This document shows positions 53,868 through 64,000 of a DNA stretch of 64,000 bases, one piece after another (positions within the stretch are counted from its first letter, which is position 1; every line of letters begins with the position of its first letter). Origin of the DNA: Lama guanicoe (Eukaryota); the NCBI GenBank assembly GCA_013239625.1, contig MU053559.1, positions 3,350,607 through 3,414,606 of the forward strand. The letters run 5' to 3'. A program made the translations under genes and the position numbers. Below the pieces are notes generated by a model. It did no database searches and was not told the DNA's origin. It saw only the letters and a program-made list of their open reading frames with translations.

Positions 53868-55136
53868 ATTCAGTCATGCCTCACTTTCAGCAAAACCAGG
53901 AAGAGAAAACAGGATTTGGACTCAGATACTGAGGGACGCACACACTCATCCACCCATCTAAGATATAAACCAAATTGCAAAAGGCCCGCCTTGATATCCT
54001 AGCAGAGCCATTAAGGACCATTTTCCTCTAAATCTCAGGGAGCACTGAGCCCACACAATGTTACAATAAAAATATCCTTTTATTTCATCTATGAGAGCAT
54101 AGCTGATGATCTCCCCGTTTTGTAAAATACACCCTGGGAGGACTATAAGATGAAACGGAGCTCTGATCATCCATACTTAATTATTCACGGTCGATGTTAT
54201 CAAATATCAAGCCAACAACAATTCACAATGATCTCTCAGGGACACAGTTCCCTAGCCACCCCCCCTCCCAAGGGAGATTTCCAACCAATGCTGCATCAGT
54301 CCAAAAGGTGGGAACCACAACTACTGCCCCATCAGAGATGAAGCTGAATGAACGACCAAGCTAGAAAGGGAAAATCCTAGCCATCGCTCCACCACAGGTG
54401 AAGCCACTACAGCAGGGAAGGAAACCCTGGTGTCATCACACTCGCGAGCCCAGTGACTCAGCAAAGACGTCTCAACTGGCCAGTGCAAGTACACACACAC
54501 TCACACACACACACACCAAACATGGTCCCACAAACAAAAGAAGTGTAGCCCCCAAATTCCACTTCCACTCCCAGAAGGAGGCTTCCAGAGTGGCCTCGCT
54601 CCTGAAAGAGAATGGACCCAGAATGGCTCCCTTCCTGGAAGGGATGTGAGCCCAGGTGGAGCGGGTAGAATTTCCCATCCTGCACAAGCTGGTGTGGCTC
54701 ACCCCAAAATGATACACACAAAAACACAATAAATAAGGTACAGTCGCACAGACAGCAAATCAGAGGAGGTGTAATCTAAAAACGCCACTTCCACTCCCAG
54801 ATGGAGGCCTCAAACAGATGGGCCCAGCTCTCCAAAAGGAACGGACGCAGAGTGGCTCGCAAGGAGCCTGGAGTGGCTCACTTCCTGGGGGAAGTGAGCC
54901 CGGATGGAGAGGAGTGAAGTTCCAGCCAGCACAAGCTGGAGCCACTCACCTCCAGGATACACCCAGCGTGGACTGCAACTCTGGACGCTTCTCAGCAACC
55001 AACAGCCTGGTGCCCGGGGGGCCGGCGCAGGTCAGGGAGCGTCTCTCCTGGTTCCCCGGGGCGAAGTGAGCTCCGGCAGCTGCTGGGACCCAGGAAAGGG
55101 GCGGCCCCCGGCTGGGGTCGACCTGCCATGGGCACA

Positions 55137-55160
55137 GACTCCTAGGCTGGCTTCTGCAAA
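55137..55160 (-). other. Degenerate primer-binding site, tRNA-Arg(ACG)-like
   Basis: Plus strand GACTCCTAGGCTGGCTTCTGCA versus tRNA-Arg 3' end GACTCCTGGCTGGCTCGCCA, next to the 5' LTR. Confidence 0.7.
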
Positions 55161-55162
55161 GT

Positions 55163-55597
55163 TGTTACTGAACGCAAGTTCATGTGCCCGACACACAGAA
55201 ATGTCGGAGTTTGGGGCGGAGAAAGGTTGACTGCAGGGCGGAGCAAGAAGGACACGTGGCTCATGCCCAAAAAAACCTGAACTCCCCTGATGGGTTTCAG
55301 CTGAGGATTCTTAAAGGCCACGTGAGAGAGGGGCGTCCCAGTGCCTGTGACCAGCTGTGCACAATTCTCAGATTGATTGATGGTGCTCAATCCTTAGATG
55401 CCAGAAGATCTGGGGGCTAAGTGCTCATGATCATCAAGTAGTTAATTTCTTCCATTTGGTGGTGGTTTTAGCATCTGAAAAACTCAGGAAATATGCATGA
55501 GATGCTATTATCTGGGTACTTCTGAGAGAAGCTACAGCAGAGGATATGGGGGAAGGGTCTGTCCAGGGAAAGCCCCAGAGGGTCCTGCTCAGTTACA
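55163..55597 (-). repeat. 5' LTR (435 bp)
   Basis: Direct repeat of 50239-50703; adjacent to the PBS. Confidence 0.93.
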
Positions 55598-55731
55598 CTT
55601 GGGCCAGCTAAGGGTGAACGTACTGCCCTTCACCTCCAAGTATCCAAATCCAACCACATTGGTCTCCACTGCAACTATTCTTCCTACGTCCTAGTTTTCA
55701 GATCCTTCAAGATCACAGGCACCCACCCTAA

Positions 55732-55875
55732 CCATGCTACTCAAAGCGTGGTCTGTGGACCAACAGCCTGGACATCGCTTGGGAGCTTGGAGGAAGTTGG
55801 ACTCCTGAATGGAATCTGAATCTTAAGAAGATCCTCAGGTGGTTTGTGGGCACATTTAGAGTTTAAGAAGCACTG
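55732..55875. mobile_element. MER5A (hAT-Charlie MITE), degraded
   Basis: CTACTCAAAGCGTGGTC...TTTAAGAAGCACTG termini. Confidence 0.7.
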
Positions 55876-56291
55876 GCCTGGAGGAGGACACATTCTCATT
55901 TGCCAGCATTTCATTTAATAAGAGCTCTCCAGACTGAAGAATATTCCAATCTTCTTGAGGTGTGCAAAGTGATTGTTAGCACTTCTGATATATACATTCA
56001 TCACGGAAATGCATATTTATGAAGCTTGTAGCTTTATGCTAGCCACTGTTGTCAGTCACTGTTAAGTGGAAGACAGATGAGAAAATTAAGACATAAGTGA
56101 TAAAGTGGCAAAAAGATTGTGCAGACAATGATGATTATTGAGACTAAGAAGAGGAAGAGGTCAACTGAGAACAAGGAGGTTACAGAGGAGTGAGCTTGTA
56201 TCTGGGCTTATAATGATTAAATGCCCCTAGGAGGTAAAAGCTGTGGTCAGCTCATCTCTGGACATGGTCATGTGGATTTTTGCTCTAAGGA

Positions 56292-56580
56292 CAGGGGTTC
56301 TCAAATTTTGAAGAGTATTAGCATCACCTGGAGGGCTTTTTTTTTTAATTTTTCCCGTTTCTCTTTATTGTACCTATATGAGAGATTTTTTTAATTGGAT
56401 TATAGTTGATGTACAATATTATATAAGTTACAGGTGCACTGGAGCGCTTGTTAAGACACAAATCACTGATCTTCTGAAATTGTCTAAGAATCTCATCCAG
56501 GAGATCTGGAACAAGGCCCAAAGATGTGCATTTTTCTAACAAGTTCTCAGGTGATACTGATGATGCTGGTCTGGGGAAAT
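56292..56580. mobile_element. MER5A/B MITE interrupted by a short L1
   Basis: CAGGGGTTCTCAAA TIR; TGCATTTTTCTAACAAGTTCTCAGGTGAT. Confidence 0.75.
56339..56438 (-). mobile_element. ~100-bp L1 3' terminus with probable 3' transduction
   Basis: TSD CTGGAGGGCTT / CTGGAGCGCTT (56328-56338 / 56439-56449); L1 end, A7, unique 39 bp with AATAAA, second A tail. Confidence 0.8.
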
Positions 56581-56581
56581 A

Positions 56582-56755
56582 GCGTGGCTCTTGGAGCCAG
56601 TTTTGGTTCTGCTACTTAGGTGGCATTTGTAGTAATTAACAGTGGTTTGTTTTTTTTTTGAGGTTTCTCTTTGAGGAGTAGAGAATTATAATGCCCATTT
56701 TACAAGTGTTTCGGACAAGTAAAGGAAATAAAGGTCTATGAAAGCACCTTAGTGC
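56582..56755 (+). mobile_element. MIR fragment
   Basis: GGCTCTTGGAGCCAG...TCTGCTACTTA...ATAATGCC...TGAAAGCACCTTAG. Confidence 0.55.
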
Positions 56756-59114
56756 ATTCCCTTCCCCAAAGTAATCCTACTTGACAGTGTTAGTTGCAAC
56801 ATCTTTGGGAGAGAAAAAATAGTGTTTTGGGTGTGAAGGTCACTTGGGAGTGGATGTAAGTCTTTTTTGTAGAACCTGGAGTTGAGCCTTCACACCACTG
56901 GCACAAACCAGTTGGTGTCTTCTGTGGAATGGTTTTGGCCATTTATTACTCTGATGGCATTCATAATGCCTGGCAATGAGCCAAAACAAAGATACTTCAA
57001 GATTTAGAGACCAGTGCCATTCCAGATATACTACCTAAAGGAATGATTTGAGAAATTGGAAACTAGAACTTAAATTTCACCAGGGCATGACAAAAATCTA
57101 TTTCTAATCTATTAGAACTGAAAATTCTAAGGGAACTTCCTTAGACTTTTTATTTTTGAGAAATTCAAGCAAGCTGATATATTTGGAAGATTGAAAATGT
57201 AGACCTTTCTCCTTTCTCTAATAGGGATTCTTGACTTTCAACACCATGAACAAAATGATTTGGTGACCGAACCTATTTGTCCCCGTCACAACTGATTTGG
57301 AATGTGCTAGAATCCTTAAAACATTGAAGTGTTTTTATTCAGGTGCATTTATTCACTTCATTTGTATTGTTTCACACTCACTGGATCCATCAAGAAGAAT
57401 AAGGCTTTCCTATCCGATACCCAAATTGAAATGGGAAATGGATGGATTCTCCTTGTACCATCATCAGTCCTTGACTCTCTGTGGGAATCTGTGTATTAGA
57501 TTATAGGTAATAGCTAGTTCATCACATGGTAAACTTTTTAAAGATTCAGCCATGGAACAGGTGCATTTTGGTGCAGGTAGAGGAAAGAAAGGATCATTCT
57601 GAAGCAGGAGTCATTGCCCAGTTGAGTTTGGGACACTTAGGGGTCAGCCTCAGGACATCTGAGAGAAGGACATCCAGCAGGAGAATGGATAGGAAAGGGG
57701 ACACAATTTTCCCACTCTGCAGTCTCACTTGCGGTTTCTAAACTAGACTTAGGGCCTGTTCCTATTTCTTTACCCTCTCAATAGCTGAACTTTAACAGAG
57801 AAAACATGTCACCTCCCAGATTATGTGTCTTTACTGGCTCTGCTGGTTGCCTTCTGGATCAAATTTAAACTGCCTATTTCAAGAGCAGCCAGGATCCCTT
57901 CACTCCAGTGGTGCGTTGTATAAATAGCCATCATGGGCAATTAGTGTCTCTGATTTTCTTCTTTCTAAATAATGTGGTTAAGTGATGTTTAATATATTTC
58001 AGTTTTTCTCTCCCCAAATCATGTCAAGTAAATTATGTTTTTGTATGCCTTGCAAAGTTCATGCATATATCACTTCAACTGTGATTAAAAAGGATAAGGG
58101 GATTTTTTTAAAAAAAGCACATGAACCAGCCACTCGCTAACATTTCACAAACATAAGACTGTTTCGGTCAGAATATTTCCTTAGGAAAAAAATTTCTATT
58201 CTTTTTAAGAGAAGACATTTTATTTTTATATAGTGAATATTAAGTTACTATATAACATTAAATGGGCATTTTTGATTGTTTATTATTCTTGTCTTTCTTG
58301 CCCACCCACACATACCCGTGTCACACACATCTGTTGCTCGGAATCACTCGAAGCTATCCATAATTCTGCACTCCCGTAACCCCAACAGCAGGACAAGAAG
58401 TCTGTTTGAAAATCAAGGGAGCAAATACTCTCGACTTGTTGGGTTCTCAAGAAATTAATTTCAGAGGCTCAGTGCCTGAGGCAAAGACTGATTGAGAAGG
58501 AGGGGTTTCTAATAGCACTTGAGAGGGGCAGTGTGTCACCTAAGTGCCTGGGTACAGTCAGAGTAACCACACCCACAAGTGCTAGGCAAGCCCTTCTTTT
58601 CCAGCCTACACTCTAAGACTTCTTATTTGGCCAATAGATTGATCTAATTCCATTCTTTCCTCTGACATTCTATTGTAGTTCATAATCACTGCAGGGCAAG
58701 TGGCTACCACTGGTCTATTAAAAGGTCAGAGGGCTCAAGGTTTGTTCCAAAGGATGACTTCAAAAGACTGCCTGCAGACACTCCCTCAGCTGCTTTGTCA
58801 GCACCCCATGCCCTGCGGCATGTTTCCCTAGTGTCCATGGCCCTCTTGGTGCTACTGTTTCTACTCACCACCTGCCCCTGGGCTCCTTAATGCCATCTGG
58901 TCACACAGACTTCCATGCACTGAGCCAAGGATCACCCAGGCTGCTGCCCACGAAAGCCATAAAGAATCAGCTCAGCCCCATCCAAAACGTTGTCTTCCAG
59001 AGAGCCGGAGCAGGAGAAGGTAGGCGTGGTCCCTTCCATGCGGAAGAAGAGATGTGTGAAAGCGGTGGGTGTCAAGAGGACTTGTAGAGCAGAAGCTGAT
59101 GGTTCCTCATCAAA

Positions 59115-59550
59115 GAACCTGTGGCGCTCACATTCCCATGTGCTCTGACCTCATGGCTTCCTACTTCAAGTGCCTGGGGCTCTGCTTGAGTGCTTTCTCT
59201 GACCTCCAGAGTGAGCTAGACTTGTACAGGGGCACACCGGAAGTGATGCGCGGCTAGTGGGTCTAGAGGCAGCCTTCAAGCAAAGACTGGCAGAAATTGG
59301 TGAATAATTCCCCAGGTCCTTCAGCTCTCGAGCAGGACAACTCTGAGGTGAGCTCTGTGCAGTACTCCAGAGGCCCCCCCAGTGAGGCTGAGCCCCCGTT
59401 GCCCACGGCAGTAATCTTCTCATCAACGAACTCTGGATTGGTTTCATTTCTTTCCCTGTCTAACCTACTGCCTCCTGTCCTATGGCTTCCTGGCATCACC
59501 CTTCAAATCCTTGTTTCTGGGTTTGCTTCTGAGGGAACCCAAGCTAAGAG
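59115..59550 (+). mobile_element. LTR16-like ERVL solo LTR
   Basis: CCGGAAGTG, GGACAACTCTGAGG, CAGTGAGGCTGAGCCCCCGTTGCCCAC and terminal GCTTCTGAGGGAACCCAAGCTAAGA. Confidence 0.75.
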
Positions 59551-59559
59551 CTAAAACCT

Positions 59560-60005
59560 GGGACGTGTGAGGTTGTGACTGCACACATGAGCTGGGACCA
59601 CGTTATGGAGGTCCTAAATGTCATGTTGAGGTGAGCCTGTCTTCCATAGTGGCAGGGTGGTAAATATGTGATCAGACTCCTATGCTAGAGGATCATTCTG
59701 GAAACAGAGAGAAGAATGGATTAGAGCAGTGGTTCTCAAAGAGTGGTCCCTGGACCATGAGCATAAAAATCATCTGGAAACTTTTAATGGCACAAATTCT
59801 TGCCTTCACCTCAGACCTACTATAGCAGATAATCTAAGGGTGAGGCCCAGAAACCTATGTTTTAATAAGCACGCCTTCAGGTAATCTGATGCCCCTAAAG
59901 TTTGAGAACCACTGGATTAGAGAGCGGAGCAGAAGCTGGTAGCATGGAGACCAGTTGTCAGGCTATCGTGAGAGCCCTGGTAGAGATAATAAAGGCCTGA
60001 ACCAT
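59560..60005 (-). mobile_element. L2 fragment hosting MER5A
   Basis: AGGATCATTCTGG...GAATGGATTAGAG...GGAGACCAGTT...GGCCTGAAC. Confidence 0.6.
59727..59914. mobile_element. Complete MER5A MITE
   Basis: Perfect 14-bp TIRs CAGTGGTTCTCAAA / TTTGAGAACCACTG and perfect 8-bp TSD GATTAGAG. Confidence 0.95.
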
Positions 60006-61619
60006 CAGTCAATTCTCTTCTCCCAATTCTTCTTGCCTTGAACTATGTTCTGCATTCAGAGTGTGCTGAATACCTATTTTGGCCTGATGTCTGCCATACC
60101 ATTATCAAATAAGTGGGAGTGGTAATGGGAGGGGCAGGGATGGAGAAAGGTGGAGCCAGATGCCTCAGTTCATCTGAGGGTCAGCTACCACTGACCACAT
60201 GGCATTTCCAGGATTATTCCTTTCTCAGTTCCAGGGACAAAGTCTTCCCCTAAACAATTAGGTGGAGGATTGGCCAAATCTGATGTCTTTTTAGAAGAGA
60301 AATCGAGATCGCATGGCTTGTGTGTATGGAGCTTGAGAAGTATTGTAAATCCAAGTATGAAATCCCCATAAACTGGGCAATAAAAGCTTTTTAACAGAAA
60401 TTACTTCCTGAGAAAGGGAACATTGTGTGTGGACAAGGGGGAGGCATAGAGTCTGGAAAGATGGACAGGAGGTTTCCTGCTAAGTGGCCTGAAATCCCAA
60501 ATTAGTTTGTGTTAGTTTGAGACCTAATCTGTATTGTTATTATTTGTTACTGCTTGCAAATCTTTTCTTTATTTTCAGAGTCAGCTTGACCAGGGTCTTT
60601 ATAAGTCATGAGTTTCAGAACCCCATCATTATGCCCTGCAACCTTGTCCAATGACATCCCAGACCCTCAATGCCTGCTTATGGAGCTGTGGGAACTCAAA
60701 GTCCCCCAACAGTCCCCAGGGCTGGGGTGGGTGAGGGAGACGTGGTTGGCAACGGCCCATCCCACTGGGGTACCAGCTCCCAGAACAACAAGGCCTTTGA
60801 CTGAGGCCTTCACTGGAAACTGGATGACATTCTCTGGGCCAAAAGGAGTAATTGGAAAGGTAGTTTTGTGGGTTGGATTCTAAGCCAGAGTTGAAACTAG
60901 GCTGTAGCAAGTCTGAAAGGAACCTGGCAGTGGAGGAAAAGGCCCTCTTTGTGCCAGGAACTGCATAAACCCAAGACTGATCAAACAGAACCAGTGTGGT
61001 GAGGAAATAATTCTGACTGGCAAAGATGGCTCCACTGTCTGGTGATTTACCGTAAGTGGTGATGGCCAATGTCCTGCTTGGTGGAGTGTGGCCTGTTGAA
61101 GGAGAGCCTGGCTGGCATGATTGCTGTGTTATTTCTCTTTGACCTGGAAAAAAAAAAAAGTATGCCTTCTCAAGAGGAACTAAAGAGGGGAAATCTTTTG
61201 TGATTGCAAGACCTTAAAAGGGCATTGTCTGCCCTTCTTAACCAGACAGATTGAGTTCTTGCTTGAGCTATGTTGCATAAAATTAATGAAAATAAAGATG
61301 TACATAAACAAGAATTTACTAGGCGTATGGATATTTTTTCATAAACAAAGAAAAATAATTAGCTTGAAGAGCAGGCTACGGTTGGCTACACTAAGGGATT
61401 TTTCAGGGCTGCTTTGCAGATTAAATACAAACCTGTTGTAAAATGAGTCAGTACAAAACCTCCTATCAGATGGAAAGACTACTGGGGCCAGTGTTGGCCC
61501 TGGGCTGGAGAGAACAAAGCCACAGGGCCAACTTGGCCCTTTTAAAGCTCCCATAGCAGAGGGGCCGCTGGTTGTGACCATTTCTCTCCACTGAGTCCTT
61601 GGCTTTTGCAGCATTGTTT

Positions 61620-61639
61620 CTGGTTGTCATAACAACCAG
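61620..61639. promoter_or_regulatory. Palindromic RFX X-box-like motif
   Basis: CTGGTTGT-CATA-ACAACCAG; core GTTGTCATAACAAC resembles GTTGCCATGGCAAC. Confidence 0.35.
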
Positions 61640-61804
61640 CTGTGGAATGATCTATCCGGATACTGAATGGCGTACTCAGTTCAGTCATTAAAAACGAACA
61701 CAAATTTTAACTATTACCGTGAGTTTCATGACTGACATGAGCAAATCTCGCAGCCATTGACTTAATTACCAACGGGAGGGTGGTCGAAGAACCAGGGAAA
61801 GTGC

Positions 61805-61940
61805 CCCAGAGATTGGTTAGTCCAACTACTTTTTCTAGAACTGAGGCTCAGAGGGGGAAAGTAACACCCAAGTCACCCGGCTAGTGTAGGGTAGAAACAG
61901 ACTAAGACTCCCAGGCCAGAGTTCACTGCCTCTTTCTACC
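61805..61940 (-). mobile_element. MIR fragment
   Basis: AACTGAGGCTCAGAGGGG...CCCAAGTCACCCGGCTAGT core. Confidence 0.7.
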
Positions 61941-61990
61941 ATCTGGTCAACCCAGAGGTCCCTTCCTCTTTCTACCATCTGGTCAACCCA
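61929..61990. repeat. Perfect 26-bp direct repeat with 10-bp spacer
   Basis: CCTCTTTCTACCATCTGGTCAACCCA at 61929-61954 and 61965-61990. Confidence 0.9.
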
Positions 61991-64000
61991 AAGCACCTAC
62001 TCTTTATTCACAGAAATAAAACAAACCTATTGTTAAAACTTCTACTCTTTTTTTTCCCAACAGAAGTGAATCCCCCAAAGACATATCTTAATTAAGGTAG
62101 CATAAGAAAAATGGCAGCAATAACTATAAAAATGATGCAAGATAAATATGGGCATTCTGTGCAGCTTAATTTATTATGACTTTAAAAGGTTTGCAAGACC
62201 TCGCCTTGCTTCTGTGAAACATAGTGCATTTTTTGCAATTCCCCTCAGTTATAAATTAATATAAGCCATTAGGGATGAAGCTAAGGGTGGATGAAGGCTA
62301 TCTCATGGGGAATATGCGGCACCTGAGAAAATGAACAGCTGTTGTGTATGGACCCCAACTAGTCCCACAAATGATACAACTTGTCACAAAACTAGTCTCC
62401 GCAGAGGCATATTAATTTCTAATAAATAAACCCAGCCACATTCCCATGTCTCTTTACCCAGAGGAGTTTTGGTATATGTATCAAGGAGCTATACAGGGCC
62501 ACCCTGCATGAGAGCTCCGTGCTGACACCGAGCTCTTCCCTTTGGGAAAGTCTAAATTCCCAACTGAGATTATGTGCTGATGAGAAGCAAAGCTAACGTG
62601 TCTGCAGGCTGGGTACCCATTATGAGTATACCCCAAAGTTTCCCTTTCGGAAATAGAAGAAAGCCTCCAAATCTCTCTAGTTCCCACTGCAACAAAGTAA
62701 AATCTAGGGAGCTTTCAGAAAAATAGGGAGTCGTTGAAGCAATATGTCAGTTTTTCCCCTTCGGTCATACAAGGTTGCTGAGAGAGGCGTGAGGGAGTTT
62801 AGCAACTTACTGGGGGAGGCTTGAATGGGTCCTTGAGTTGAAAGGGAGCTCAGAGATTACTCATCTAGGCCTCTGCTACCTTAGTTCGGAGAAGAGGAGA
62901 CCAGAGTGGAAGGTGGAGGTGGTTTATCGACTCAGTTGAAGCCACCGGAGTTGGGAGGGGCAAAACTGAAACTCGAACCAGTTCACCCGGTTGTCTACCC
63001 TGTACTCTTCTACCCCCTCACGATGCCTTGGCCATCAAGTTCCGTCATGCCTTACAAACCTGCTGGCTTTAGCTTTGCTGAAATTAGTTAATTCTCTAAT
63101 ACTTTGTCTACTTTTCCGTTTCCTTGCTATCCCAAATTTCATAGATCATAATTGTCACCATCAAAATAAGACTCAAGCTTTCCTTGGATGAAAGATGCAT
63201 TCCTAGATAAGAAGAGTTTTCATTAAAATGGCGTGTGCACAAAGACACTTTACTATGGCAGCTGAACTGGAAGATGTATGAAAGCATGTGAAATTGCAGC
63301 TAAAATTGTGTTCTTAGTGACTATGCTAAATTTCCTGTACTTGATGAATGAATATATTTACTCTAGTCAAAATCACTTTGGTTTAAACGCCTCAACAATA
63401 TCTTTCTCTTTTTTTTACATGTATTTGTGATTTGCACTATTGATGGGGGGTTGTTCTAGGACTGCAGGAGTTGTTGCCAATGTGTGATTTGTGTTTTTAT
63501 TTTATAGAATCCTCTAATGTGATATGCCGATTTTTATATAAGCGATATTTAGATAATTCTAATAACCATATATTTGACAGCCTATTAAAATGTTTTGCAT
63601 TGGAGAAAAAGAATAGCTTTCACTTCAGACATCCTCTGTGAAATGGCCTGGACATGCTAAATATGCCCCAGGACTTGGTACCTGCAAAGCAGTTACCAGA
63701 GCTGTGTGTTTCTTTAGGTTATAATTTGTACTCAGGATTGGAAGCGACTTCTGATGCCAGTCAAGGTCTTGTGGGACCCATTAACGTGCTAAATGTATTA
63801 GCGAACAGAAAGGCACATCAAGGCATAAGCCCTACTCCCAGGAACCTTATGAGGTTATTGGTAAGACAAGACCAGCCGACGTGAAACAATGCTAAGTTGT
63901 GCATCAGAAAAGAGAAGAACGAACCACGGTCTGCTGAAGCCAGCGGTTTTACATAATATTATCACGCCTGTTCCTCACAACAATGCAGATGACGTAGTTG

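Larger units (their letters stand above)
50239..55597 (-). mobile_element. ERV1-class provirus, non-autonomous or degraded, with two LTRs
   Basis: LTRs TGTTACTG...AGTTACA at both ends, 4-bp TSD CTTG (50235-50238 / 55598-55601), PPT, PBS, env TM remnant. Confidence 0.93.

Noticed and set aside
1..64000. Remaining short ORFs; CRISPR-like or prokaryotic systems
   Set aside because: The ORFs are L1/LTR fragments, antisense frames or chance. There is no repeat-spacer array, and the sequence is mammalian.

Overview
Mammalian non-coding DNA, most likely camelid, judged from a tRNA-Ala-derived Vic-1-like SINE. No host protein-coding exon is supportable. About 8-49.5 kb is a dense pile of nested LINE-1 (L1) copies of different ages. 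It includes two full-length copies (~20.29-27.02 kb and ~42.87-49.47 kb), a young 5'-truncated copy with an open ORF2, a twin-priming inversion, solo LTRs and a SINE. A 5.36-kb, essentially non-coding ERV1-type provirus lies at 50.24-55.60 kb with two LTRs, an Arg PBS, a PPT and a 4-bp TSD. The repeat-poorer flanks carry ancient MLT1, L2, MIR, MER5A and LTR16 copies. Main discovery: the first full-length L1 is preceded, within the same insertion, by ~400 bp that I recognise from memory as the spliced non-coding exons 1-3 of NRIP1 (RIP140). This is a host-mRNA/L1 chimeric retrocopy and implies a source L1 in NRIP1 intron 3 transcribed from the NRIP1 promoter. Second: the two full-length L1s have different target sites yet share stop codons and an 11-bp frameshifting duplication, which points to non-allelic gene conversion. 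Family names are from visual recognition, not database searches, and the boundaries of old repeats are approximate.
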